Assembly (NCBI RefSeq): GCF_018350175.1
Contig: NC_058382.1
Location: 6,944,001 to 7,008,000, forward strand
DNA from: Felis catus
Lineage: Eukaryota
Direction of reading: 5' to 3'
Length of the DNA: 64,000 bases
Positions 51,201 through 63,157 of the stretch are shown here, in pieces (the stretch's first letter is position 1; the number at the start of each line of letters is the position of its first letter). Made by a program: the position numbers and the translations under genes. Under the pieces are notes generated by a model. It was given only the letters and a program-made list of their open reading frames with translations. It made no database searches and was not told where the DNA came from.

Positions 51201-51294
51201 TGGGGGGTCAACTGGGATCTCTTCTCACACAGGGATTTTCTACATGTGTGCCTACCGGATGCACGAATGTCGGCGCCTGTCTGCTCCCCGCTGA
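45261..51294 (+). CDS. LIM2: Lens intrinsic membrane protein 2 (MP19/MP20), 173 aa
   Basis: Exons 45261-45435, 49649-49798, 50868-51002, 51233-51294 (522 nt): MYSFMGGGLFCAWVG..GLWRYC..AYWNATRAFMIL..RFSWSYILGW..ECRRLSAPR*. Confidence 0.97.
46100..46460. repeat. TA/TATG-rich low-complexity tract in LIM2 intron 2
   Basis: Directly visible. Confidence 0.85.
47709..48180 (-). mobile_element. MaLR LTR (MLT1C/D-like) in LIM2 intron 2
   Basis: ggggctgccattacaaaggaccacac..gcttaaacaacagaaat..ccctatttccaaataaggtcatattctg. Confidence 0.75.
50370..50700 (-). mobile_element. MER21-related LTR fragment in LIM2 intron 3
   Basis: aacaaagacacctctattacccagaaagttccaaggatttag parallels the motif at 26030-26080. 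Confidence 0.5.
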
Positions 51295-51563
51295 GCCCAA
51301 TGTACCCCGACTTCATCTGGAAGTGAAAATAGGGCCGCTGAAAAAGAGGGGGAGGGTCTAGAGGCTACAATCCTGGTTCCTTGTGGGCAGGAGGGGGCCC
51401 AGTCCTGGACTCTGGGTGGGGGGGGCCTCTGATTTCTGCATCCCAAGGGGGAAGGAGGAAGAGTGGGGCCTAGTGGGAGGCAGTTGAGAAGATCCGAGGT
51501 CCAGCCCATGATGGGGGGTGTTAGAGAAATGGAATCTCCATTAGAGCGACTTTTTGAGAGTCT

Positions 51564-51569
51564 AATAAA
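51564..51569 (+). terminator. LIM2 polyadenylation signal AATAAA
   Basis: First AATAAA, 270 nt after the stop, with GT-rich sequence downstream. Confidence 0.7.
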
Positions 51570-51739
51570 ACTGATGTGAAACGACTGACGTGTGGTTCCT
51601 GAGGGGTTGGGGTGGTGACAGGTGTGAGCGGTGGATGGGGTGGGGGTAATTGTACTACTGAGGCCTAACCCGCTCAGTTTGTGTGGGGACAGGGACAGAC
51701 ATCAACCACACAGTCCCCACCCAGGTGTTAACTACCCTT

Positions 51740-52715
51740 CAACTTCTAGGAAACTGATGTGTCGGGGCCGATTCTGACAGCAATTCTGATGTGTGTGTGT
51801 GTGTGTGTGTGTGTTTAATGTTTATTTAGAGAGACAACGCGTGCGCACAAACTGGGAAGGGGCAGAGTGAGAGGGAGACAGAGCATCTGAAGCAGGCTCC
51901 ACACTGACAGCACAGAGCCCAGTGCGGGGCTTGAACCCACAAACCGCAAGATCATGACCTGAGCTGAAGTTGGACACTTAAACGACTGAGCCCTGGGCGC
52001 GTCTGAAGCTGTTTATCCCACATCACCAAGTAACTCACTTCTGACACTGTCTGGTGGAGGTAGCATCAGATCCCTCAGGTGAAGGGCTCAGTCCTACAGA
52101 CCAGCCCCCCGGCCCTGCCTCATGCTGTCACAAGTGCAGGGGGTCACCCGGGCTTCTGGTCGACCAGCAGTAGAGTGGAGTTTTCCCCCACTATCCTGGG
52201 GTTTGGTCAATTTGCCAGAGCGGCTCACAGAACTCAGAGAAACATTTTACTTACCAGATCACCAGTTTACTATCAGAGGGTATAACTCAGGGACAGCCAG
52301 ACAGAAGGGATGCACAGGGCAAGGTGTGGGGAAAGGGCATGCTCTCCAGGGGGCCACTCTCCCCATTTTCCACGTGATCACCGACCTAGATGCCCTCTGA
52401 ACCCAGTCCTCTTGGGTTTTTCTGGCGACTTCATTGCACAGGCGTCATCACTGACCACTGGTGATGCTCAGTCTCCAGCCCCTCCCTCCCCAGGTTGGGG
52501 GCAGGGGCTGAAACTTCCAACCGTCTAGTCACGTGGTTGGTTCCCCTGACAACCTCCCCCTACCCTCCGGTGCCGTGAGTCGCCTCATTAGCGTAACAAA
52601 TACACCTTCAAGGCTCTCCTCACCTATGAAATTCCAAGGCTTTTTAGCAGCTTTGTGCCAGGCACGGGACGAAGACCAACTATGTACACGTTTCTTATTA
52701 TGAATCAGCAAAGCG
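51740..52715 (-). mobile_element. MER21-family ERV LTR downstream of LIM2, interrupted by a SINE
   Basis: Same motifs as the 25.4-kb copy (agatccctcaggtgaagggctcagtcc, gcggctcacagaactcagagaaac, gaaattccaaggc). Confidence 0.7.
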
Positions 52716-54816
52716 GTGCGAAAACAGGATAAATGAAAAGATCTGTACAGAAAAACCACCTCGCTGTCCGCTCACACCGTGTCCACGGAGCTCTCCTAGC
52801 CGCCCCGCCCCTCCCCTCCCCGTGTGGGTCCCTCCAGTGGAAACACCCCATCTCCGATCGGCACCCCCTCCTGCACCTGCCTGTTCACACACCATTCATG
52901 ACCTTGATCTTCTCAACGTTTTTTTGTTTTTTTGTTTTTTGTTTTTTTTTGGGACAGAGAGAGACAGAGCATGAACGGGGGAGGGGCAGAGAGAGAGGGA
53001 GGCACAGAATCGGAAACAGGCTCCAGGCTCCGAGCCATCAACCCAGAGCCTGACGCGGGACTCGAACCCACGGACCGCGAGATCGTGACCTGGCTGAAGT
53101 CGGACGCTCAACCGACTGCGCCACCCAGGCGCCCCCATGACCTTGATCTTCTCATTCATTCACTCATTACCTCATTCAAGAAGCTGATGCCTATTGCCAT
53201 GAGATTTACGGATATCTATCATAAAATAATAAGACTCTTTAGCAAGGCCGGTACTAATGATAAGAATATTAATTAGAACCTATGCTCAAACTGTCATGTT
53301 AATAGAGGCTTACTCCCTGGAAATATTTATTGGGCCCTCCACAAATAACAATAGTACCGTATTTATAGAGGCTTGCTCTGATAATAATGGCAATTGAGGC
53401 CATCTCTAATAATAATTTATTGAGGCCTATTTAAGTGGACATATTTACTGAGGCTTATGCCAGTAGTCATATTTATAGGTGTTTTTTTTTTTTTTCCTGG
53501 CAATACTAATGATGTTGTAACTCCAGACTCCTCTCTAATATCCACTTGAAAGGAAGAGGCGTCGCAGATCTCGAATCTCACTTATCCTGGTCTCTCCCAC
53601 GTCCCTAACGGCCTCCCCATCTTGCTCCATTGTCACCCATCTCTTCCAGCCAAGAATGTTGGGATCATTCGCAGATGCTTTGTTTCGTCCCACACCCCAT
53701 GTCTGATTCATCAGCAGGTAGCCTTGGCTCTACCTTAAAAGTGTGTCCAGAATTTGACTCCTTGCTCATCCAGTCACCCTGCTGATCTGGCCTCACTTGG
53801 CTTAGGGTCACAGTCCCTCAACCAGCTCTATCAGTGCCCCTACCCATGGCCTGTCCACTGTGGNNNNNNNNNNNNNNNNNNNNNNNNNNNNNNNNNNNNN
53901 NNNNNNNNNNNNNNNNNNNNNNNNNNNNNNNNNNNNNNNNNNNNNNNNNNNNNNNNNNNNNNNNNNNNNNNNNNNNNNNNNNNNNNNNNNNNNNNNNNCT
54001 GCATTGACAGTATGAAGCCCGATGTGGGTCTCGAGCTCACAAACCTTGAGATCATGACCTGAGCTGAAATCAAGGGCCGGATGCCTAACTGACTGAGCCA
54101 CCCAGTGGCCCCTCTACACAGCATTTAGAGGGATTTTTGTGAAAGCATGATTCAAATCACGTTATCCTCCCAATCGCCTCCCCCCCTCCCCAGGTGGCTC
54201 CCAGTTCAGATGAACAGCTAGCCGATCAAGGTCATACAAGGTGCCACATGTTCCAGACCCTGCCACCTCTTTGACTTAATCCTCCTTCCCTGACTACACT
54301 GACAGCGTGGAACCTATTTGGGATTCTCTCTCTCTCTTTCTCCCCCTTTGCCCCTTCCCTGCTTGTGTGCATGTGAGCGCTCACTCTCTCTTTTCTCAAA
54401 ATGAATATTAAAAAAATAATAAAATAAAGGGAAAGAGCATATAACCCATTTGTAAATTATAGGCTACACAACTGGAAAGCATTACTTTTCCATGGATAAT
54501 ATACACAACACATGTATTGCCTGCTTTACATATGGTAGCAGGTATTTTCTTTTTAATTTTTAAAATTTATTTATTTTTGAGAATGAGAGAGACAGAGCAC
54601 GAGCAGGGGAGGGGCAGAGAGAGAGGGAGACACAGAATCCGAAGCAGGCTCCAGGCTCTGAGCTGTCAGCACAGAGCCCCATGTGGGGCTCAAACCCACG
54701 AACTGTAAGATCATGACCTGAGCTGAAGTCAGACGCTCAACTGACTGAGCGCCCCCCCCCCCCCAGGCGCCCCTGGTAGCAGATATTTTTATTACTTTTT
54801 TTTAAAGTTTACTTAT

Positions 54817-54857
<41 letters not shown>

Positions 54858-56379
54858 CCCAAGCTGGCTCCATGCCATCAATGCAGAGCCAGACATGGGG
54901 CTAGATCTCATGAACCCGTGAGATCATGACCTGAGTGAGATGAAGAGTCAGACGCTTAACCAACTGAGCCACCCAAGCGTGCCAAGATTTGTATTTTTTA
55001 TTTCTTTTTTATTTTTTAAAGTAATCTCTACCTACGGTGTGGGGCTTGAACTGTAACCCCAAGATCAAGAGTTGCATGCCCTTCGGACTGAGCCAGCCAG
55101 GAGCCCTTCAGCTCACTATTTTTAGCTCACGGTTTCCATCTAACATTCTTTATTTTTTACGTCAGAGTGGATACATTAAGCTAGATTCTACTCGGCAAGG
55201 AAACTAACAGACTTAGTACCTTTTTATCATCATAATAGACTGCATTAAATATTATTAATAGAGTAGGCCTCAGTAGAAATGAGGGCATCTTCCATAATAA
55301 CTGTTTATAAACAGCATTCACTTCTTTACTACAGTGTAGGTTCAGTGAGAGTGAGGGTCTCATGTGCCTTCTACACCAGTGTTTCCCCGGAGCCTGGCAT
55401 ACTGCCTGACCTATAAGAGGCACTGGTTGGATTATTTCCAGAAGGCTCCTATGGGCCAGGCCCTTTGCTGGGCCCTGGGGGCCCCCAAATTAATCAGGCC
55501 TCGTTCCTGCCTTGGAGTTCTAGACGTCTGAGCATGTGCAGAAAGTGGTGGAAGGAGAGACACTTTGGATCACGCCAAGTAAAGGTGGTCCTGGGAGATA
55601 ATAATTGGGCTAGGGGTGTGGGAATAGCGTCCCGGACTGTGGGTGGAGGCTTCGGATTGGAGGACCTCAGCTCTGAAGACAGAACCAATAGAATAGAAAG
55701 ACCAGGTGTCTAGGTGATCCAGGTGGGCCCGAGGACTGGGCAGAGTTTCTGCAGGATGGAACCTCAGAAGGAATTCCCCGGGGCTGGGAGAGGCTGGAGA
55801 AAGTTAGAAGGGACTGGGGTGACCTGGAAACACTGGTGGCACTTGGGCAAGACTGGTAGAGACCCAAGGAGACCAAAAACTGGGACAGTGTCGGGGAGCC
55901 AGGGACCTGAGGTCTTGGGAAAAGCTTCAACACACACATCTTGTCAAGAAAAAGGATGGAGGTTCTGGAGGACAATTCCATTTTCAATGTCACGTCAGCT
56001 GATTCAGGCTCTCCTGGAGGCTGTAGTCTGTCCTTATTGGCTTGAGGGGCATGTGCTGGAGGGCACCAAGAACCTGGGCCCACAGTCAGCCTTTGATGCC
56101 AACAACTGCGGAAGCCTGTTGGAGCCTGGTGCGGCCACGTGTGTGTGCACACACGCGTGCCTGTGCCTGTGTGTGCATGTGCCGTGGTGAGGGTGGGACT
56201 CAGGGAGATGAAGCAGGAGGGGTGTCTGGTTGGTTCAGTTGGGAGAGCATGTGACTCTTGATCTTGAGATCCTGAGTTTGAGCCCCATGTTGGGTTAGAC
56301 ATTAAATCAATAAACTTAAAGAAAAAAAAAAGAGATGAACCAGGGTTAAAGGCTTGAGACTGGAGGTGGAATGTAAATG

Positions 56380-56880
56380 AAAATGAGTGGGATTGAGGTA
56401 GGATTTATAGGACTTGGGGTGGAGTAGGAGGAAGAGGGGCGTGGGGCCAGAAATATGATCCGGCACGGGGATGGGAGTGAGGATAAGGTTGAGTCTCAGG
56501 ATGAGGATGGGTTTGAGTTGGGGATTGAGTTGGGGGTTTGGAGATGGGGTTGGGGTTGAGTTTGGGGCTGGGTTTGTGAGCAAGAGGATGGAGGTTAGGT
56601 CAGGTGGCAGGACAGGGTTAAGGAGTAGGTTGTGCTTGTGCTTGGGGATGGGACTGACCTTAGCATTGGTGTTGGTGATGAAAGTGGGGTCTGGTTTAGG
56701 AATTGAGGTGGAGTTGAGTTTGTTAGAGCTGGGTAGAGCTGGGTTATAAATGGGGCTGGGTTTGGGGTTAGGGATGAAGTTATGGATTGGGTTGAGTTGC
56801 GGTCAGGTTTGGGAATGAGAATAGGGTTGGGTTGGAGGATAGGGATGGAGTTAAGGATGGGGGTGGGTTTGAAATGGGGT
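56380..56880 (+). repeat. G/T-rich hexamer-like low-complexity tract
   Basis: Iterated gggttg / gagttg / gggatg. Confidence 0.8.
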
Positions 56881-57554
56881 AGAGACTGCAGATGGGCTCT
56901 GTGATCTGACACCTCCTTCGTCACACCTCCACGGCCCAGACTTCCTGAAGCCTGTCTGTTGCTCTCCGCTAGAGCTACATCCACCGCCATTTTTGTGTCG
57001 GCACCCTGCCGCTTATGATCTGAATCTCTCTCTGGGAGCCTGTCCTTCTGAGCATGTTCTCAGGAGTGGCCAGCTATCTCAGTGGTGAGGGTCTGGGTGA
57101 AGGATGGGGGTTTGCAAACTGGAGTCTCCGATAATGGAAGAGGACCTGGGCTCTTGAGTCACTGTGTTGTGGGGCTGCTGGCTCAAGGTCATCTTCATGA
57201 CAGAGGTCCTCTTCTAGGCCATTCCCCGGTTCATAGAGGTCAAGTGTGCCTGAGCCTTCTACCTGGGCTGCCACACCTTCACCTGACACTTGCTCATCTG
57301 TGAGGCATTACCTAGGACCTGGTATTGGTATGGGCGGAGGGGGCTTGCTCTTGGAGGGTGGGAGGGTCCTGTGCCCCTGCCCCTGCCACTCAGGCACCCT
57401 GATGAAGGCCACTGGACTGGAGGCCCAGCTCAAAGCAGAGCTGTGTGTGAACTCTTCTTACCAGATAAGGATGTGGGCATGTCTTTCTCCCCACAAACTT
57501 TCAGAATTGTGATTCTCCACCCTCTGCTTGCCTTGGGTATAAGCTCCAAGCCAT

Positions 57555-57700
57555 CGATCCAGGAATCTGAGCCCCTGCCTGCCTGCCTCTTCCTCGAGAC
57601 CTGAGTCCAGGCCTCCAGACCTTGCCCCCTCAGCCCCAAGTATCTTGGCCTCCGGCCCCCTCTTTCTGCACAGACGCCAAAGTCGGGGCCCCTCTCTTCC
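57555..57700 (-). repeat. Degenerate MSR1-type units upstream of NKG7
   Basis: gagacctgagtccaggcctccagac..cccctcagccccaag..ggcctccggccccctc. Confidence 0.5.
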
Positions 57701-58170
57701 AGGATGGAAGGTTGCAGAACCCACAGGAAAGCATGACACAACCCTCAACTGTCCCCTCTGGCCACATCCCCCATTTAACTCACACCCTGGCCTCACTTGC
57801 CACCTCCCACCTTGAGGCCCCCAAGCCTCTCACACCTCTTCCAGGAAGCATCCTCTGATGTTAAGGGCTCTAAGGGTGGGAGGTACAGAACCTAAAACAG
57901 ACAGGCAAGTTCTGAACCACCCCTCAAACCACTGATGAGATGACACTCTCCACCACACACTATGAGGGGACTTGAATCTCCTTGGGGGGAGGGCGTTGTC
58001 AGGGTAACCAGGAAGGGAGGGCTTACTGCAAGAGTCAGCTACCGGGAACTGCAGGAGACCACACCAGCCTGGCTTCAAAGGCTTAAAGGCTTCTCTTTCT
58101 GGAGCTCAGAGGACACGCGATCACCAGCTTCTTCATCTCCCAGGCCCCAGACACCCAACTGCTCATCTCC

Positions 58171-58923
58171 ATGGAGCTCTGTCGGTCCTTGGCCTTATTC
58201 ACTGGCTGCCTGGGCCTGGTGTCCATCCTGATCGCTCTGAGCACGGATTTCTGGTTTGTGGCCGTGGGGCCTAACTTTTCATTTCACTCGGGCCTCTGGC
58301 CAGAGGGGTTTCACAATATGGTGGCAGGTAAGGGATGGCAGTCTCTTTTGGTGGGGGGCAGAGGGGCTGCGTGAGGGGCGGGCACCCAAATCTTCTCTCT
58401 TGCACAGCCTACATCCACGTGACACAGAGCTTCAGCATTCTGGCCGCCCTGTGTGGCCTGGTGTCGGTGATCCTCATGGTCCTGTCCTACATCCCCTCAG
58501 TGTCCATTCCGGGCCGCGGGCCCCTTGCCTCCTCTGTCACAGCCTTTGTTGCAGGTAGACTCCAGGCTGTACCTGGGGACTGGGGACTGGTGAGTTCCCA
58601 CAGAGGTGCTGAGCAGTCTCTCCTGTCTTCATCCTCAGCCATCTTCGTGATGGTGGCCATGGTCGTCTACACCAGTGAGCGGTGGAACCAGTCCCAACAC
58701 CCCCAGATCCAGTCCTTCTTCTCCTGGTCTTTCTACCTGGGCTGGGTTTCGATGATTCTCTTCCTCTGTGCAGGTAACTGCTGCTCCAGGAACTGGAGAC
58801 GCCGGCTGGGGGGCCTCTGAGAGAGCAGGGTGGGGCAGGTGTTAACCTCTCTCTGTCACCCCAGGTAGCCTGAGTCTGGGTGCTCATTGCAGTGCCCCCC
58901 GGCCTGGCTATGACACCTTGTGA
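58171..58923 (+). CDS. NKG7: Natural killer cell granule protein 7, 165 aa
   Basis: Exons 58171-58327, 58408-58554, 58639-58773, 58865-58923 (498 nt): MELCRSLAL..STDFWFVAVGP..HSGLWP..YIHVTQSF..FFSWSFYLGW..PRPGYDTL*. Confidence 0.97.
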
Positions 58924-60959
58924 GCGAGAGAGGCGACAACAGCAAGATGAGGCGCTATTCTCTGAAGACACCATCAGGAGCCTCCGGCCCCCGCAGCCCC
59001 GCCTCCGGCCCTTACCCCCAGCCCTCCCCCAACCCCTTCATTTGCTTCTTTACCCATTCAACAAACATTTGCTGGGATCTGGTAATTCTGGGATTAATTC
59101 CGTCATGACATAAGCGGAGGGCAAGCCAGCTCCATGCTGGGTGACAGAAAGGACTCAGAGCCCTTACCTGTCACCCGTCTGCTACCAGCCGGTATAGGGG
59201 CCACTGTGGCCCCGTGTCAGCTCCCTTCCCCAGGCCTTGCCTTTCTCCCTGTTTCCACCTCAAGACCCTGTCCTTTGTCTTTCCCACATTAGTGCTCCTT
59301 CCTTCTTTCTCCCTGCTTTTGCCACCCCTGTCTTCACTCTGGTCCTCCTTGCTCATTTCATTCACTCATTCACTCATTCACTCATTCATTCATTCACTCC
59401 TTCAGCTGGCTTCTCCTGAGTTCATCCTTTCTGTTGGGTCTCCCTGGGGATGCTGATGGGAACCTGAGACCTGGGCCTTGCCCACGGGGGGCTGCAAGTC
59501 CGGTGGGGGAATTGAGACAGCAGTCAGGCGGTGGCAGCGGGGGGGGGGGGAGGTGAGCTTTCTGGGGAGAGGGTGTTTAGGGGTTTCTCGAGGGCCAAGG
59601 CAAAGTCATCCGGGCAGTGGGGCCCAAAGGTGTGGAGAGGCTGGAGGTTGTCAGGGGATGGAGAACAGTGCTCTGTGGCAGAATGTGGAATGCAGAGGTC
59701 ATTGGGGTGTGAGGGTGGAGAGGTGGGTGAGAGCCAGGCCCCTAAGGCCACAGTGACTCTCTCTTGAGAGCAATGGGGGGCTAGAAGAAGGTCGTGAGGT
59801 GGGGAGGGACAGCGCCAGCTGCAGGTGCCCTATAGATCCCTCTGGGACATGCAGGGAGGTCAGAAAGGACAAAGGAGCTTGGCAATGCAATGGGTATGAC
59901 TGGGACCGGAGCATGAGACGGAAAAGAGGGAAGGGGCCAGAAAGATTCAGGGGCCGGAAGGAATGGGACACAGGGATCCAAGGGCTTTGTGGAGTGATGG
60001 GCAGGAGGGGGCCAGGTTAGTGCCCAGGGTTCTGGTGCAACCAACTTGGGTGGGATGGTGGGGTCATCCCTGTTTTGGTGGGAGATGTTGAGCTCAGTTG
60101 GGATGTGGTTGGCAGGGGTCTGGGACAGAGAAGTGGGCTGGAGATGGTTTGGGTTGCTATCAGAGAATCGGTGGCCGAGGGAGCCGTGGCTGCGAGGGAA
60201 ACTCATTGGGTAAGAAGGTGCAGGATGGAGATTCCAGGAAAACCAGCCCTGGGAAGTGGAGGGAAGATCAAGAACAGGAGCCTGCATGGGGGTCTGAGAA
60301 GGCACAGCCAGAGAGTTGGGGGCCTGGAGAGCTTCTGGGGTCAAAGGAAGAATTTTCAGAAGGATATGGTCTATCGTGTCATGGCCATCTGACTCTGAGC
60401 TGTCACTTTGTTAGAAAAGCTGTGTGTGGGGGGGTTTATGTGTGTGTGGGGGGTGTGTGTGTGGGTGTGGGTGGGTGGTTATCTCTTTAAGTGGCTGATG
60501 GGAGAGGGGGTTCTGGAACTCCTCCTGCCTCACAGAGACCCAGTCTCCCTTCCCCCACACCTCTGGACTCTGTGTCTAAGAAGCCCCTTGAGCAGGGTGT
60601 CAGTCATTTAGGTGGGTGTGTGCATGGGGGTTGGGGGAGGGCACTGGACAGGTTAGAGGCACACTCCACTGGAGGATGGAGATCTTTGAAAGACAGAGAG
60701 GTCCTTAAGCTGTGACTCCCTGTGGGTAAGGTCTCAAGGCGTCCAATAGTAGCAGTAGGACATGGGAGAAGGAGGTCTTGGGTTTGGGAAGGGCCTGAGG
60801 GAGGGGTCCCCAGACAGGGGTGCTGGGGTGAAGTCTGGGATATGTAGGGACATGTATGTGTGGGTCTCAAGGGCTTGAAAGAGCTGAAAGAGGGGCCTGG
60901 GGGTGGGAGGGGTGTTGGCCAATCTTGCGTGTGTGACCCTCTGCAGCAGCCTCCCTGGC

Positions 60960-62243
60960 ATGGGGATGAAGCGGCGCCTTCAGAGCGGGGGCACCTTGCT
61001 GGGCTTCTTGGCCCAAATCCTCACGATTCTCTCCACTGCCACCAACTACTGGATTCACTACCCCGGGGGCCACAGTGGCCTGTGGAAGGAGTGTAATGGC
61101 GGCATCTGCTCCAACATCCCCTGCCAGAGTGAGGCCCCGCCCGCCCAGATGTCCCCCACTAGACAGACAGCAACCCCCCCCCCCTCCGGCACTGAGCACA
61201 GCTGGCCCCCTCGCCTCTCACAACAGCTGGGCACATCCTGCGGCGCCCCCACCCTCACCCCTTCCTCTCCAGTCTCAGATCCACCTGCTCCTCCGCGACA
61301 AAGACTACCACGAACCCCCACTTTGGGATCTGCTTCCCTGTTGGGACATTAACCGCCCCTCATGAAGCAACTTGCGAGTCCCTATCCAAACTAGACCGGC
61401 GGGTGGGGGGTGGTGGCCCGGGGCGGCACCAGCGCGCGGCTGAGGCGGCCGCTCTCTCCAGCCATGCTGGCGGTGGCGGGCGCGTGCATGGTGCTGGCGG
61501 CGTGCTCCGGCGTCGCGGGTTTGGTGATGGGGCTGCGGATTCTGTGCCACGAGGGTGACTCGCGGGGCCAGACTATGAGCGGCACCTTCTTCCTCTGCGG
61601 TGAGATGGTAGCGGGCCCCCAGGCATAGGGCGGGCTTGGGAGTTGCGGGGGGCAGGGACCCAGGGTCTTGCACTTGGAGGCTCTCGGAAGGGAATGAGGG
61701 GAGGGGCCGGAGACCCAGAGGAGGGCGTGGCTGGGAGGAGGGGGCGTGGCCTGGGCGACGGGCGAGCTCTAGGGCCGCCTCCGCGCTGCGCCCTGGCTAC
61801 GCTCACCCCGGGCGCGGGGCCCAGGGCTGCTGCTGCTGATCGCCCTGACAGGCTACACCGTCAAGAACGCGTGGAAAAACGACGTCTTCTTCTCATGGTC
61901 CTATTTTTCGGGGTGGCTGGCTTTACCCTTCTCTATTCTCGCGGGTAACCTGGACAGCGGGAAGAGGGTGGAGGAGACTGCCCTGAGCACCCCCCTCCCC
62001 ATAGACTCCCCGTCGCCCTCCCAGGGACTCCCCAGCACACTCCGCTCCCGACTCCCGCACACCCGGCAGGATCGCCCTTAGAGCTCCGAACCCCCGTCCC
62101 CGGGGCGCTCCCGGTCATCCGCCCCAGGACCCACCGTCCCCCACCCGCCCTCCGCTCCTCTCCCGCCAGGCTTCTGCTTTCTGCTGGCGGACATGATCGT
62201 GCAGAGCACGGACGCCATCAGCGGATTCCCCGTGTGCTTGTGA
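60960..62243 (+). CDS. CLDND2: Claudin domain-containing protein 2, 166 aa
   Basis: Exons 60960-61128, 61462-61599, 61825-61944, 62170-62243 (501 nt): MGMKRRLQSGG..STATNYW..HSGLWKEC..GYTVKNAWKNDVFFSWSYFSGW..DAISGFPVCL*. Confidence 0.96.
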
Positions 62244-62263
62244 CCGCAGCCTGCCTGGGGCAG

Positions 62264-62269
62264 AATAAA
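62264..62269 (+). terminator. CLDND2 polyadenylation signal AATAAA
   Basis: AATAAA 21 nt after the stop, followed by gtgtgtctttct. Confidence 0.75.
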
Positions 62270-62304
62270 GGAACGGCTTTCACCGCCGCGGCTCGTGTGT
62301 CTTT

Positions 62305-62700
62305 CTGGGGGACACGAACGCACGTGGGAACACGTGGGGGACACGAACGCACGAACGCACGTGGGAACATGGATATGAAGAGGACGGGGGACCGGGACAC
62401 GGGGATCCCTGGGGCCTCAGGGAGGACATAAGCACATGAACCTACAGGGAACGTGGAACATGGGGACACGAGCTTGGAGTGGACAAGGCACACGGACTGG
62501 GAGGGGGAACGGGAATCAGGGGTAGTGGGGTCAGGAGCGCACAAGGTCGTTTGGAGGGGATGTAGGGACTTGCAGGGTAAACGAGTATAGGGGAACATAA
62601 GGGGCATGATCATGGGACGAGGAACATGGCAAAAAGAAAATGGGGAGACACAAGAGGACGTAGGGGACACGAGCATGGCGACTTGTACAGTTGAGGAAAA
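62305..62700 (+). repeat. Degenerate tandem repeat (ggggacacga / gggaacat) between CLDND2 and ETFB
   Basis: Directly visible; contains CACGTG at 62321, 62331 and 62358. Confidence 0.65.
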
Positions 62701-62859
62701 GGCGGGGGACTGGGGAAGGGGATAAATCGAGGACACTGGGAAAAGTTTAGAATTCGTGGGAGGAACGATGCTCCACTCCGGGAGCATCTCCATACGCTCA
62801 CGGCCTTTCCCCTAGTTCCCGGCCACGCCCCCTCCTCTAGGTCCATTTCCTTTCCCCTC

Positions 62860-63100
62860 GGGTCCCGCCTCTTTGTCCAAGATTCCTTCCCTATTGGCCC
62901 CGATCCTCTTGCCACACCTGCCTCCCTTCCGGGCCTCCGGTTGGTCCTCTGTTGGGGCGGAGGCGGGCACCACAGCGGTTGACTGGCTGGCTGCGTGGGG
63001 CGCAGGCGCAGAGAGGGGCGGGGTGCGGGGGCGGGACGAGAAGTCTCGATCTGGGCGCCCAGCGAGCTCACTGACCCCGGCAGGTGGCAGAGGCAGGAAG
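62860..63100 (+). promoter_or_regulatory. ETFB CpG-island promoter
   Basis: CpG-rich, GC boxes (ggggcgg near 62953 and 63013), ATTGG near 62894, YY1-type AAGATGGCGG overlapping the ATG. Confidence 0.75.
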
Positions 63101-63157
63101 ATGGCGGAGCTGCGTGCGCTCGTGGCTGTCAAGAGGGTCATCGACTTCGCTGTGAAG
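63101..63157 (+). CDS. ETFB: Electron transfer flavoprotein beta subunit, coding exon 1 (gene continues beyond the window)
   Basis: MAELRALVAVKRVIDFAVK|gtgacc, in the expected syntenic position after CLDND2. Confidence 0.95.

Noticed and set aside
56768-56773. TTAGGG within the G-rich tract
   Set aside because: A single hexamer; not an interstitial telomeric array.
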